Assembly (NCBI GenBank): GCA_031459535.1
Contig: JAVKIJ010000032.1
Span: forward strand, 1 to 34,586
DNA length: 34,586 bases
Source of the DNA: Candidatus Fervidifonticultor quintus
GTDB taxonomy: Bacteria > Sysuimicrobiota > Sysuimicrobiia > Sysuimicrobiales > Humicultoraceae
Direction: 5' to 3'
Positions within the stretch are counted from its first letter, which is position 1. Each line of letters opens with the position of its first letter. Below, piece by piece: positions 20,922 to 31,561 of the stretch. The position numbers and the translations under genes were made by a program. Below the pieces are notes generated by a model. It was not told the DNA's origin. It worked only from the letters and a program-made list of their open reading frames with translations, and did no database searches.

Positions 20922-21790
20922 AGTCCCGCCGTGCGCGTCGCCTGGTGCGGATCGTGCGTCGGACCGGGCTCTATGCCGCCGCCCTGGCGTTCACCGCGTT
21001 CGCCGTGTTCCCCTTCTACTGGATGTTCCTCACGTCGTTCAAGCAGAACCGCGATCTGTACGTGGGCGGGACCGTGCTGCGCCACATCCCGTGGATCTTC
21101 AACGCGCCGCCGACCATGGAGCATGTCAACCTGCTGTTTCAGCAGACCCTGTACCTGACGTGGGTGCGGAACACGGTCTGGATCGGGGCCGTCGTGGTGG
21201 CGATTACCCTGATCCTGGCCGTGCCGGCCGGCTACGCCCTGGCGCGGCTCAGCGGGCGCTGGGGCGAACAAGTGGGCATCGCCGTCTTCCTGACGTACCT
21301 CATCCCGCCGACGCTGCTGTTCATTCCGTTCTCCCGGGTGATCTCCTATTTAGGGATGCAGAACAGCCAGTGGGCGCTGGTCTTCGTCTATCCTACGTTT
21401 ACGGTCCCGTTCTGCACCTGGCTGATGATGGGGTTTTTCCGTTCCATTCCCCGCGACATCGAAGAGCAGGCGATGATCGACGGCTACAGCCGGGCCTCGG
21501 TGATCCGCAAGGTCGTGCTCCCGCTGGGGATCTCGGGTATCCTGACCGCGACGATCTTCGCCTTCACGCTGGTCCTGCAGGACTTCGTCTACGCCCTCAC
21601 GTTCATCAGCGCGGTGCCCAAGATGACCGTGAGCCTGGGGGTGCCGGTGGCGCTGGTCCGCGGAGACGTCTTCTACTGGGGTTCGCTGATGGCGGCGTGC
21701 CTCGTCACCAGCATCCCGATCGCGGTGGTCTACAACCTGTTCATTGATCGCTTCATCCAGGGGCTAACGGCCGGGGCTGTGAAAGGCTGA
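20918..21790 (+). CDS. Carbohydrate ABC transporter permease (MalG/UgpE family)
   Basis: ATGA overlap, FPFYWM, IPRDIEEQAMIDG, GLTAGAVKG C-terminus. Confidence 0.93.
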   Translation: MKSRRARRLVRIVRRTGLYAAALAFTAFAVFPFYWMFLTSFKQNRDLYVGGTVLRHIPWIFNAPPTMEHVNLLFQQTLYLTWVRNTVWIGAVVVAITLILAVPAGYALARLSGRWGEQVGIAVFLTYLIPPTLLFIPFSRVISYLGMQNSQWALVFVYPTFTVPFCTWLMMGFFRSIPRDIEEQAMIDGYSRASVIRKVVLPLGISGILTATIFAFTLVLQDFVYALTFISAVPKMTVSLGVPVALVRGDVFYWGSLMAACLVTSIPIAVVYNLFIDRFIQGLTAGAVKG

Positions 21791-21839
21791 CCCCGGTGTC
21801 GTGCGGAGCGGGCCCTCCCGAAGGGAACCGCGTTCGGTA

Positions 21840-21868
21840 TTGAAGGCGAACATATGTTCGTATACCCT
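21840..21868 (+). promoter_or_regulatory. Sigma70-type promoter with LexA (Cheo/SOS) box in the spacer
   Basis: TTGAAG(21840-21845)-N17-TACCCT(21863-21868) with perfect palindrome CGAACATATGTTCG at 21847-21860. Confidence 0.82.
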
Positions 21869-21877
21869 GTTGACACG

Positions 21878-22894
21878 ATGGATACCGACCTGAGCCCTCG
21901 CTGTTCCGTTCAACCCCACATGCCCGAGGCATCCTCGGAGGCCGCACCGCAACGCTTTCCTGTCACCGGCCGCAAGGTGACGCCCCGGACCGAGTGGGTC
22001 GAAATCACGGTCCGGACGGTTCTCAACCGCGTCTTGGGGATGCCCTTCAAGTGGTCGATCAATCCCTACCGGGGATGCGCTCACAAGTGCCCCTACTGCT
22101 ACGCCCGCCTCACCCACTGGTATCTCGGCCAGGACGGTGTCAACGACTGGTCTTCCCGCATCTTCGTCAAGGTCAACGCTCCCGACGTGCTGCGGGGGGA
22201 ACTCGCCCGGCCAAGCTGGCGCCGCGAGGCCGTCAGCATCGGCACGGCCACCGATCCGTACCAGCCCGCGGAAGGCGCTTACCGCATCACCCGGCGCATT
22301 CTCCAGGCCCTGCGCGACTTCGGGACGCCCGTGTGCCTGGTCACGAAGTCCACAATGGTCCTTCGAGACCGGGACGTGCTGGTGGACCTCGCCCGCGGCC
22401 CGGGCGCCTTCGTCTACTTCAGCCTCGCCACGGTAGACGCCAAGCTGGCCAGAGAGCTGGAACCGGACACGCCGCCGCCGCCGCGCCGGCTCCAGGCGAT
22501 GGAGATGCTGGCCAATGCAGGCATACCGGTGGGTGTGCTGCTGGCGCCTGTCTTACCGGGTCTCACCGATGACGAGGATCACTTGTCCGCCGTGGTCCTG
22601 GCGGCCAAGAGGCACGGTGCCCGGTCCCTGGGGACAACGCTGCTGCACCTGGGTGAGGTCACCCGCCAGGCGTTCTTCCAATACCTGGAGCACAAGCATC
22701 CGGATCTGGTGCCGGAGTACGCAAGGCTCTACCGGGGCAAGTACGCACCCCGAGCCTACCAGAAGCGCGTGCACGAGGTGGTGGCGGCCCTGCGGCGCCG
22801 GGCCAACTTCACCTCACCCCCGCCGACCGTCGGTCGAGGGCTCGGTCGAAACGTTCCGGGCCCGCCGCTCGTCGAGCAGCAGCGCCTGTTCTAA
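21878..22894 (+). CDS. Radical SAM protein, SplB/Rv2578c-like DNA-repair-associated family; start uncertain (21878 or 21920)
   Basis: WSINPYRGCAHKCPYCYAR (CxxxCxxC), IGTATDPYQPAE, LVTKS, APVLPGLTD. The ORF-track ATG at 21854 lies inside the promoter and is unlikely. Confidence 0.9.
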   Translation: MDTDLSPRCSVQPHMPEASSEAAPQRFPVTGRKVTPRTEWVEITVRTVLNRVLGMPFKWSINPYRGCAHKCPYCYARLTHWYLGQDGVNDWSSRIFVKVNAPDVLRGELARPSWRREAVSIGTATDPYQPAEGAYRITRRILQALRDFGTPVCLVTKSTMVLRDRDVLVDLARGPGAFVYFSLATVDAKLARELEPDTPPPPRRLQAMEMLANAGIPVGVLLAPVLPGLTDDEDHLSAVVLAAKRHGARSLGTTLLHLGEVTRQAFFQYLEHKHPDLVPEYARLYRGKYAPRAYQKRVHEVVAALRRRANFTSPPPTVGRGLGRNVPGPPLVEQQRLF

Positions 22895-22932
22895 ACCGGC
22901 CTGGCGGTTTCGTGCGCCTCCGGGACCGCCCA

Positions 22933-23442
22933 CTACACCGCTGGAAGGCGGGGCCGGGCATGCTGGTAGAGCCTCCGCAGGAGGGCGATTCGGCCGGTGT
23001 GATAAGAGATGTGCGCGACACCGCCCAGGATGAGCTGGGCATTAGAGTATCGCGACTTCTGTGACTTCTTCGCCAGCACCGCCGGAGTTGCGGTCCCGAT
23101 CCGGCGGATCAGCGCGGCGTGCAGCCGCCTGGCGCGGGCCACCGCGCGCTGCCACGCGTCGGGAGCGCCCTCGCCCGGCGGCCACGCCTGGGGTCTGGGT
23201 CTGCCCCGCCCTTCCAGTTGTTCGAGGACGTCCTCGGACCAGTAGGCGATGTGGTTGACCTCGTCCCAGATGGAGTGGGCGTCAGGCGTCGGCTTCCAGC
23301 GCGCCTCCTCGAGCGTCACCCCTTTGACGATACGCGCCAGCCCCGTGTGCCCCCAGTTACGGCTGGAGATGGTGTCACGGGCGAATGCCGCCAGCTCCGC
23401 GGACCACCCGCGGCGGGACTGCACCGGTTTCCGTGCGGGCAT
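22933..23442 (-). CDS. DinB/YfiT-family protein
   Basis: GAGGTGA RBS, EEARWKP...HSIWDEVNHIAYW and HISYHTGRIALLRR His pattern. Confidence 0.85.
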   Translation of the reverse strand: MPARKPVQSRRGWSAELAAFARDTISSRNWGHTGLARIVKGVTLEEARWKPTPDAHSIWDEVNHIAYWSEDVLEQLEGRGRPRPQAWPPGEGAPDAWQRAVARARRLHAALIRRIGTATPAVLAKKSQKSRYSNAQLILGGVAHISYHTGRIALLRRLYQHARPRLPAV

Positions 23443-23577
23443 TGCGTCACCTCACGCTGGCTGGGGCGCCGCGCTCCCACATTGGCCGCCGGCACCCGTC
23501 GGTGCAAGGAGCCTTCTGGCCCGAGCGGGGGGTTCCTGCAGGAAGCTCCGGCGCAACGGAGTAGGATACGACTACCG

Positions 23578-25416
23578 ATGGTTATGACGCAGCCGCGTCC
23601 GCTGGCGGCCACCGACACCATGCGGGGCACGGTTCCCGGGTTGTTCTTCGCCCAGGCAGCCCGTCGCGCGAGGCACGTGGCGCTGCGTCGCAAGCGGTTC
23701 GGCATCTGGCAGGGCACCACGTGGGAGGAGTACGCGGCCCAGGTGCGGCTCGTGGCCGCTGCCTTGCTGGCCCTGGACGTGGAACGCGGCGAGCGCGTCG
23801 GCGTCATCGGCGAGAACCGGCCCGAGTGGCTGTATGCTGATCTGGGCATCCAGACCATCGGCGCCGTCACCACCGGCATCTACACCACCAGCAGCCCCGA
23901 GCAGATCCACTACATCCTCGATCATGCGGGGTGCCGGGTCTTCATCGTCGAGGGCGAGGAACAGCTCGACAAGACCCTGGAGATCAGGGACCGGCTGCCC
24001 GGACTCGGTCGCATCGTGGTCATGGATCCCGAGGGCCTGCGCACGTTTCGTGATCCGCAGGTCTTGATGTGGGATCAGTTCCTGGCGTTGGGTGAGGACC
24101 TCAGCCGGCGCCAGCCGGGCGCCGTCGACGAACGGCTCGCGCAGGTCAGGCCCCAGGACCTGGCCATTCTCATCTATACCTCGGGCACCACCGGACCGCC
24201 CAAGGGCGCCATGCTGACCCATGCCAACATCGTGTGGACCGTAGAGTCCCTGGGGCAGGCCAATCCACTCCATGAGAGCGACGAGGTCCTCTCGTTTCTA
24301 CCGCTGGCCCACATCGCCGAGCGGCAGCTCTCGGTCTTCCTGCCCGTCCGCTGGGGCTATACGGTCAACTTTGTCGAGAACGTAGACACCGTCGCGCAGA
24401 ATCTGGCCGAGGTGGCGCCCACGGTCATCTTCGCCGTGCCCCGCGTCTGGGAGAAGCTGTACTCGGCCGTGGCGCTGCGCACAAAGGAGAACGACCCCCT
24501 CAAGCGCGGCGCCTTTCGGCTGGCGGTCGGGATCTCGCGGGTAGCGGTCCGGCAGCGCTTCTCCGGTCGGCGCATCCCGGTCTGGCTGCGAGCCGCGGTC
24601 GGCGTGGCCGATCTGACCGTGCTGTTGCCGCTGCGACGGCGGCTGGGCCTCCACCGCGCCCGGCTGGTCTATTCGGGCGCCGCGCCCATCGCGCCCGACT
24701 TGCTGGAGTTCTTCTGGGCGCTGGGCGTGCCGATCCGCGAGATCTATGGCCAGACCGAGGGCTCGGGTCCGACCACCTGCCATCAGGGCGAGGCCATCAG
24801 GCTCGGGACCGTGGGCCAGCCGCTGCCCGGTATCGAGGTGCGGATGGCCGAAGACGGCGAGATCCTGGTCCGCGGTGGCAACGTGTTTGCGGGGTATTTC
24901 CGCGACCCGGACGCCACCGCGGCAGCACTGCGGGACGGTTGGCTCCACTCGGGCGACGTGGGCGTCCTCGACGCCGACGGGTTCCTGCGGATCACCGACC
25001 GCAAGAAGGACATCTTCATCACCTCGGGCGGCAAGAACATCGCGCCCCAGTACATCGAGAACAAGCTCAAGGCGAGTCCGTACATCAACGACGCGGTGGT
25101 GATCGGCGACCGGCAGAAGTACCTGGTGGGGCTGATCGTCATCGACGAGGAGAACGTCACCAAATGGGCCCAGGATCGCCGGCTGCCATTCACCACCTAT
25201 GCCGATCTGGCCAGCAACCCCCAGGTACGCCAGCTCATCGACGTCGAGGTCCAGGCGGTGAACAAGACTCTGTCCCCCCCCGAGCAGGTGAAGCGCTTCG
25301 CCATTCTGACCAAGCGTCTCTATGCCGAGGACGGCGAGGTCACGGCCACCCTGAAGGTCAAGCGCAAGGCCATCATGGAGAAGTACACCGACGTGATCGC
25401 CGAGCTGTACCGGTGA
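23578..25416 (+). CDS. Long-chain acyl-CoA synthetase (AMP-forming, COG1022-type)
   Basis: Start MVMTQ at 23578. [59 protein letters not shown]. Confidence 0.93.
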   Translation: MVMTQPRPLAATDTMRGTVPGLFFAQAARRARHVALRRKRFGIWQGTTWEEYAAQVRLVAAALLALDVERGERVGVIGENRPEWLYADLGIQTIGAVTTGIYTTSSPEQIHYILDHAGCRVFIVEGEEQLDKTLEIRDRLPGLGRIVVMDPEGLRTFRDPQVLMWDQFLALGEDLSRRQPGAVDERLAQVRPQDLAILIYTSGTTGPPKGAMLTHANIVWTVESLGQANPLHESDEVLSFLPLAHIAERQLSVFLPVRWGYTVNFVENVDTVAQNLAEVAPTVIFAVPRVWEKLYSAVALRTKENDPLKRGAFRLAVGISRVAVRQRFSGRRIPVWLRAAVGVADLTVLLPLRRRLGLHRARLVYSGAAPIAPDLLEFFWALGVPIREIYGQTEGSGPTTCHQGEAIRLGTVGQPLPGIEVRMAEDGEILVRGGNVFAGYFRDPDATAAALRDGWLHSGDVGVLDADGFLRITDRKKDIFITSGGKNIAPQYIENKLKASPYINDAVVIGDRQKYLVGLIVIDEENVTKWAQDRRLPFTTYADLASNPQVRQLIDVEVQAVNKTLSPPEQVKRFAILTKRLYAEDGEVTATLKVKRKAIMEKYTDVIAELYR

Positions 25417-26621
25417 TCGGGGTCGAAGGCCAGGCCGTGCACGAGCCCATCCTGACGCGGCGCTTTGTGATCCTGTGGCTCGTCGGCTTCTCGTCGTACG
25501 CCAGCGTCTACCTGTTGGTGCCCGTGCTGCCTCTGTACCTGCAGCAAAGCGGCATGACCGCGGCCGCCATCGGCACGCTGCTGGGCCTGATGAGCCTAGC
25601 GGCGCTGTTCACCCGGCCGTTCGCGGGGTGGCTGTCTGATGGGTGGGGCCGCAGACCGCTGATCACGCTGGGGCTGGCCGCGATGCTGGTGTTTGCCGCC
25701 GGTCTCCCCTTCATCGCCGGAGCGCTCGCCTTTGGGATCCTTCGCCTGATCAGCGGCATCGGCTGGGGATGCCTCACGTCGAACGCCAACACCCTGGCCG
25801 GTGAGCTGGCGCCGCCCGGCCGCCAGGGCGAAGCGATCGGGCACTACACTATGGCAGGTAGCGTGGCGTTCGCCGGCTCGCCAGCTGCGGGCCTTTTCGT
25901 GGTACGGTCCTACGGATACCCTGCGGCGTTCTGGGCTGCGGCCGGGCTGACGGCGCTGGCGCTGCTGCTGTCGCTCTTCCTTGAGAGCCGCCCGCGCGTG
26001 CCCCTACGGCCCTTCAGTGTGGGCAATCTCCTGGCCTGGAACGCCGTGGGGCCGGCTGGCGTGCTCATGCTCCACGCCATGACCTACGGCGGCCTGCTGA
26101 CGTTTCTGCCACTGCTGGCCGAGGAGCGCGGGCTGGGCGATCCGGGCCTGTTCTTCACGATCTACGCACTGGCGCTCGTGGTCCTGCGCGGTACGGCGGG
26201 ACGGTTGTCCGACCGGTTCGGCCGGCCTGCGGCGATCGGTCCCGGGCTGGCCGCAGGCGGCCTGGCACTGTTGGTGCTGGCGTTCGCGCAGGCCCGCTGG
26301 ATGATGCTGGCGGCGGCGCTGCTGTTTGCTTTCAGCATGGGGTTCGTCCAGCCGCCGTCGCTGGCCTGGGGGCTCGATCTCGGCGGCGGGCGGCGCGGCA
26401 CGGCCATGGCGACCATGGTGGCAGCCCAGGACATGGGGATCGCGCTCGGCGGCGTGTTCCTGGGCGGGATTGGGAGCATGGCAGGGCTGCGGCCGTTGTT
26501 CGGGGCAGCGGCGGGGCTGTCAGCGCTGTCGTTGCTCGGGTTAGTCGTCCTCGCCCGACGCAGGACCGCGCCGCCGGCCCGGGAGTGGGTGGGGGGCGTT
26601 TCACCCGGGAGCCGCAGATAA
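25413..26621 (+). CDS. MFS transporter (start GTG 25413 overlapping the upstream stop, or 25437)
   Basis: About 12 hydrophobic segments, motif A copies GWLSDGWGRR and GRLSDRFGR. Confidence 0.9.
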   Translation: MIGVEGQAVHEPILTRRFVILWLVGFSSYASVYLLVPVLPLYLQQSGMTAAAIGTLLGLMSLAALFTRPFAGWLSDGWGRRPLITLGLAAMLVFAAGLPFIAGALAFGILRLISGIGWGCLTSNANTLAGELAPPGRQGEAIGHYTMAGSVAFAGSPAAGLFVVRSYGYPAAFWAAAGLTALALLLSLFLESRPRVPLRPFSVGNLLAWNAVGPAGVLMLHAMTYGGLLTFLPLLAEERGLGDPGLFFTIYALALVVLRGTAGRLSDRFGRPAAIGPGLAAGGLALLVLAFAQARWMMLAAALLFAFSMGFVQPPSLAWGLDLGGGRRGTAMATMVAAQDMGIALGGVFLGGIGSMAGLRPLFGAAAGLSALSLLGLVVLARRRTAPPAREWVGGVSPGSRR

Positions 26622-26684
26622 CCCTTCCGGGCCTAATTCAGATAGGATATATTGATCTCTTCGTCCCAAGTCGTCGCGGGCCGC

Positions 26685-27499
<815 letters not shown>

Positions 27500-27503
<4 letters not shown>

Positions 27504-28270
27504 GCCGTCTCTCCCAGATAGGCGCTGATGACCTGGGGATGGCGCTGGACGGCTTCGGGGGAGCCCTGTGCGATCTTGACACCGTGATCCAGCACTGCAA
27601 TCCAGTCCGAGATGCCCATGACGATCTTGAGGTCGTGCTCGACCAGGATGATGGTGATGCCCCACTCCTCGCGGATGTCCTTGATCCGGAAGACCAGATC
27701 GGTCTTCTCGTCGGCAGTCATGCCCGAGGACGGTTCGTCGAGGAGCAACAGGATCGGCTCGGTGGCCAGCGCGCGTGCGATCTCCACCAGGCGCTGCTGG
27801 CCCATGGGCAGGTCACCGACCCGGCGGTGGCGCGCGGCCTGGAGGTCCAGGAAATCTAAGATCTCTTCGACGCGGCGGCGGTGGGCGACTTCGTCGTGCT
27901 TCCAGCGCGGCAGGCCCAGGGCGGCCGCCACGAACGGGGTGCGGATGTGCAGGTGCCGCCCCAGCATCACGTTGTCCAGCACGCTGCTGCCCCGGAACAG
28001 CTCGATGTTCTGGAATGTCCGCGCGATCCCGCGCCGCGCCACCGCGTCGGGCCGCCGGGGCAGGACCTGCCCCTGAAATCGGATCGTGCCGCGATCCGGA
28101 CGGTACAGGCCGCAGATGCAGTTGAACAGGGTGGTCTTGCCGGCGCCGTTGGGGCCGATCACCGAAACCAGCTCCCCGCCGTTCACGGTCAGGTCCACGC
28201 CTGCCAGGGCCTGGACGCCCCCGAACGCGATGGACAGATCTGTGACCTCGAGCAACGGCCCGACGCTCAC
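27500..28270 (-). CDS. livG: Liv-type ABC transporter ATP-binding protein (LivG family)
   Basis: FGGVQAL, GPNGAGKTT, IARTFQNIELF, LVEHDL, VISAYLG. Confidence 0.93.
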
Positions 28271-28296
28271 GCGCGCATCACCCGGGCAGTCCCGGG

Positions 28297-29493
28297 TCAG
28301 AACTTCTTCGGGTAGGTGTACCAGTCGGTGAGCTTGCGGTACTGCCCCTTCTCCGACCGGACCATGAACAGCCGATTGATCCCCTGCCGGCTCTCCTTGG
28401 AGAACGTGACGCCCCGGATCACCTCGCCGTCCCAGTTCTTGATGGACTCCATGGCCTCGACCAGGCGGTCCCTGGTCAGGGCGGGTCCGGCACGGCGGAG
28501 ACCTTCGAGGAGCGGTTCGACGAACGACACGCCGGCGATGGCGTTGAAGGGGTTGCGGCCGAGCGCCGGGTTGATGCGCGTGAGGATGGCCAGCACCGCA
28601 TCCACCTTGGGGTCCTGCCCGATCAGCGGGATGTACGACGCCAGGAACACGTTGTCCCAGGCGTCGCCCGCCAGGGCGAACATGACCGGGTCGAGCAGTG
28701 TGAAGGTGGACACGAGGGTGGGTCGGTAGCCGAGTTTGGCGATCTCGCGGGCGATCAACGCGCCATGTCGCGGCGTCGCGTACAGCATGAGAGTGTCGGC
28801 GCCGGAGTTCTTGAGGCGCAGGGCCTGGGCCGCGACCTCGGCGTCGGTCACCTCGTAGGACACCTGGGCGACGATCTTCGCGCCCTTCACCTGGGCCACG
28901 CCGCGCTTGATCCCCAGCAGACCCTGCTGGCCGTAGAGGTCATTCTGGTAGAACACGGCGATGTTGCGCGCCTTGAGGTGCTCCACGCTGTACCGCGTGA
29001 GGTAGATCCCCTCGTCCACGTAGCCGGGGTAGGTCACGAAGAGATACCGATTCCGCTCCCGCATGCCAGCCCAGATGTCGGCGCCGCACGCCGGTGTGAT
29101 CCAGACCACCTTGTTCTCCACCACGTAGTCGCGGACCGCGAAGCAGTTGGCTGTGCCGATCTGCGACACGAGGGCGAAGATCCCGTCGCGCTCGACCAGC
29201 TCGCGGACGTTGGCTACCGCCCGGGGCGGCAGGTAGGCGTCGTCCTTGATGACGAACCGGAACCTGCGACCATGGATACCGCCCTGATCGTTGACGTGTC
29301 GCAGCCAGGCATCGATGCCGCCGCCGACGCCGGTGCCCCAGAAGGCGGCCGGGCCGGACATGGGCATGGTCGTCCCAAGGACGATCTCGCTGGCGCTCAC
29401 GCCCCGCTCGGCTGGCTGGCCGAGGGCTGTCGTGGCGGCTGCGGCCGCGGCCGCCAGCACCAGGATGAGTCGGGCCAACCTGTTCATGCGCAT
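28297..29493 (-). CDS. Liv-type (PBP1) ABC substrate-binding protein
   Basis: Start MRMN with GGAGG RBS, signal peptide, MPMSGPAA, NDQGGIHGR, DDAYLPP, YQNDLYG, LKNSGAD. Confidence 0.9.
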   Translation of the reverse strand: MRMNRLARLILVLAAAAAAATTALGQPAERGVSASEIVLGTTMPMSGPAAFWGTGVGGGIDAWLRHVNDQGGIHGRRFRFVIKDDAYLPPRAVANVRELVERDGIFALVSQIGTANCFAVRDYVVENKVVWITPACGADIWAGMRERNRYLFVTYPGYVDEGIYLTRYSVEHLKARNIAVFYQNDLYGQQGLLGIKRGVAQVKGAKIVAQVSYEVTDAEVAAQALRLKNSGADTLMLYATPRHGALIAREIAKLGYRPTLVSTFTLLDPVMFALAGDAWDNVFLASYIPLIGQDPKVDAVLAILTRINPALGRNPFNAIAGVSFVEPLLEGLRRAGPALTRDRLVEAMESIKNWDGEVIRGVTFSKESRQGINRLFMVRSEKGQYRKLTDWYTYPKKF

Positions 29494-29525
29494 CCCTCCC
29501 CCAAGCATCTACGGAGTGATTGGGT

Positions 29526-30401
29526 TCAGACTCGCCGGTGATACTCGCGCCCCAGCAGGCCTTCGGGCCTGATCAAGAGCACCAGAATGATGACCACGAA
29601 CGCGAACGTGGTCTTGAACTTGAAGGACACAAAACCGGCGAACACCGTTTCGGCGACGCCCAGCAGGAATCCCCCCAGCACCGCGCCGGCCGCGCTGTCC
29701 ATGCCGCCCAGCACCGCGGCGGCGAAGCCCTTGAGGAAGGGGTCCAGCATCATGAACGGGTCGAGGTAGACCACCGGGGCGAGCAGCACGCCCGCCACCC
29801 CGCCCAGCGCCGACGCCAGGGCCCAGGTGAAGGTGTACAGGCGCCGCGCCGGGATACCCAGGGCCTGGGCGGCCGTGGCGTCCTGGGCAACCGCACGCAT
29901 GGCCAGCCCCAGCTTCGTGCGCTGGACCAACCCGTACAGCAGGATCATGAGCACCAGCCCGGCTGCGATCGTGCCCAGGTTGATCTCGCTGATGACCACG
30001 GGGCCCAGCCGGTACACCCGCGTGTCCGACAGCGGGAAGGGGAAGACCTGGGTGTCTGTGCCCCATACGACCTGCATCAGGCCCGAGAGCAGCAGCGCAA
30101 ATCCCAGGGTGGTCACGATCTTGCCCAGCAGCGTGGCTTCCTTGACGGGTCTCAGCACAGTGAGGAAGAACACTGCGCCGAGCGCGGCCGCTCCCAGCAG
30201 TCCCCCGGCGATCGCGGTCGGAAACGGGGCGCCCCCGGACAGCAGGGTGAACGCCATGAAGGTTGCCACAGTGGCGACATCACCGTGCGCGAAGTTCAAG
30301 ACGCGGGAGCTCCGGTAGAGCAGCACAATGCCCAGTGCCACCAGGGCGTACAAGCTGCCGGCCGCCAGGCCGCCAATGGCATACTGGAGGAACTGGGTCA
30401 C
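29526..30401 (-). CDS. livH: Liv-type ABC permease (LivH family)
   Basis: GTG start overlapping the livM stop. GLAAGSLYALVALG, LNFAHG, TKLGLAMRAVA, AAAVLGG, RPEGLLG. Confidence 0.92.
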   Translation of the reverse strand: MTQFLQYAIGGLAAGSLYALVALGIVLLYRSSRVLNFAHGDVATVATFMAFTLLSGGAPFPTAIAGGLLGAAALGAVFFLTVLRPVKEATLLGKIVTTLGFALLLSGLMQVVWGTDTQVFPFPLSDTRVYRLGPVVISEINLGTIAAGLVLMILLYGLVQRTKLGLAMRAVAQDATAAQALGIPARRLYTFTWALASALGGVAGVLLAPVVYLDPFMMLDPFLKGFAAAVLGGMDSAAGAVLGGFLLGVAETVFAGFVSFKFKTTFAFVVIILVLLIRPEGLLGREYHRRV

Positions 30402-31399
30402 AGCGGCCATGCCTTGAAGTACGTCTTGATGCGCAGCCACCGGCCGTAGAGGCCGCGTGGCTCCAGCACCATCATCAGGATGATGGCGCCGCCGTAGACC
30501 ACCGGCAGCCACTGCTTGAGCGCCGAGAGGTAGTGCGGGAGGAGCGTGAGCACCACGCCTCCGATCACCGCGCCGGGGATAGTCCCGAGCCCACCGATGA
30601 CAATCATGGCGAAATAGGTGATGGACTCCAGGAACGTGAAGGACTGGGGCTCGATGTGGCGCAAGGCCTGTGCCACGATGGCGCCGGCCGTACCCGCGTA
30701 CGCCGCGCTGATGGCAAACGCCAGCGTCTTGTACCAGGTGAGGTTGATGCCAATGACCTCGGCGGCGATGTCGCTGTCCCGGATCGCCACCAGCGCCCGG
30801 CCGACGTGCGATCGGGTCAGGTTGTGGCCGATCCAGACCAGCAGGCACGCCGCCCCGGCGGCGGCGTAGTAGAGCTGTTGGGTGCCCGTCAGCCCGGGGA
30901 TCCCCAGCGACAGGGGGCGCACCGGCAGTCCCGTCCGTCCCCCGGAGAGGTCCGTCCAGTTGGTCAACACCTGATAGGCGGCGATGCCGAACCCCAGGGT
31001 GGCGATGGTCAGGTACGGTCCGGCCAGCCGCAGTGCCGGCAGGCCGACGATGCAGCCGAAACCGGCGCTGACCGCCGCCGCGCCGATCCAGGCCACCGGC
31101 CAGGGAAGATCCAGGCGCGCCGCCAGCAGCCCCGAGGCGTAGGCCCCAATGGCCACGAACCCCGCGTGGCCCAGGGAGATGAGCCCCGTGTAGCCCACGA
31201 GGAGGTTGAGCCCTACGGCCACGATCACATTGGCCGCCATGAGAATGAGGATGAAGAGGAGATAGCCGAGCCCCAATCTAGGCAGGACCACCGGCAAACT
31301 GGCGACCCCTACGATGAGCGAGGCAAGCGCCCCCCATGCCCAGGCGCCCCGTGCCAGGGCCAGCTCCTCCTCGTAGCGCTCGACGAGGGTTCCAGGCAC
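30398..31399 (-). CDS. livM: Liv-type ABC permease (LivM family)
   Basis: GLNLLVGYTGLISLGHAGF, YLTIATLGF, GRALVAIRDSDIAA, IGGLGTIPG. Confidence 0.92.
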   Translation of the reverse strand: MPGTLVERYEEELALARGAWAWGALASLIVGVASLPVVLPRLGLGYLLFILILMAANVIVAVGLNLLVGYTGLISLGHAGFVAIGAYASGLLAARLDLPWPVAWIGAAAVSAGFGCIVGLPALRLAGPYLTIATLGFGIAAYQVLTNWTDLSGGRTGLPVRPLSLGIPGLTGTQQLYYAAAGAACLLVWIGHNLTRSHVGRALVAIRDSDIAAEVIGINLTWYKTLAFAISAAYAGTAGAIVAQALRHIEPQSFTFLESITYFAMIVIGGLGTIPGAVIGGVVLTLLPHYLSALKQWLPVVYGGAIILMMVLEPRGLYGRWLRIKTYFKAWPL

Positions 31400-31466
31400 T
31401 GTGAAGGGGCCATTCGTGGCGCCGCCTCCCCGGCCCTGCCCGCCGGTTTCTCACCCCAAGGCCCTG

Positions 31467-31475
31467 TGCTATACT
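31467..31475 (+). promoter_or_regulatory. Extended -10 promoter for the oxidoreductase operon
   Basis: TG-C-TATACT, about 87 nt upstream of the GTG at 31562. Confidence 0.55.
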
Positions 31476-31561
31476 CCGAGTTACGATCTTGAACACCCGG
31501 GTCCCCGCGATCAAGGATCGTGCGGGGTACTTGTGTCTATGCATCGGGAAGGGGCGGGGCG

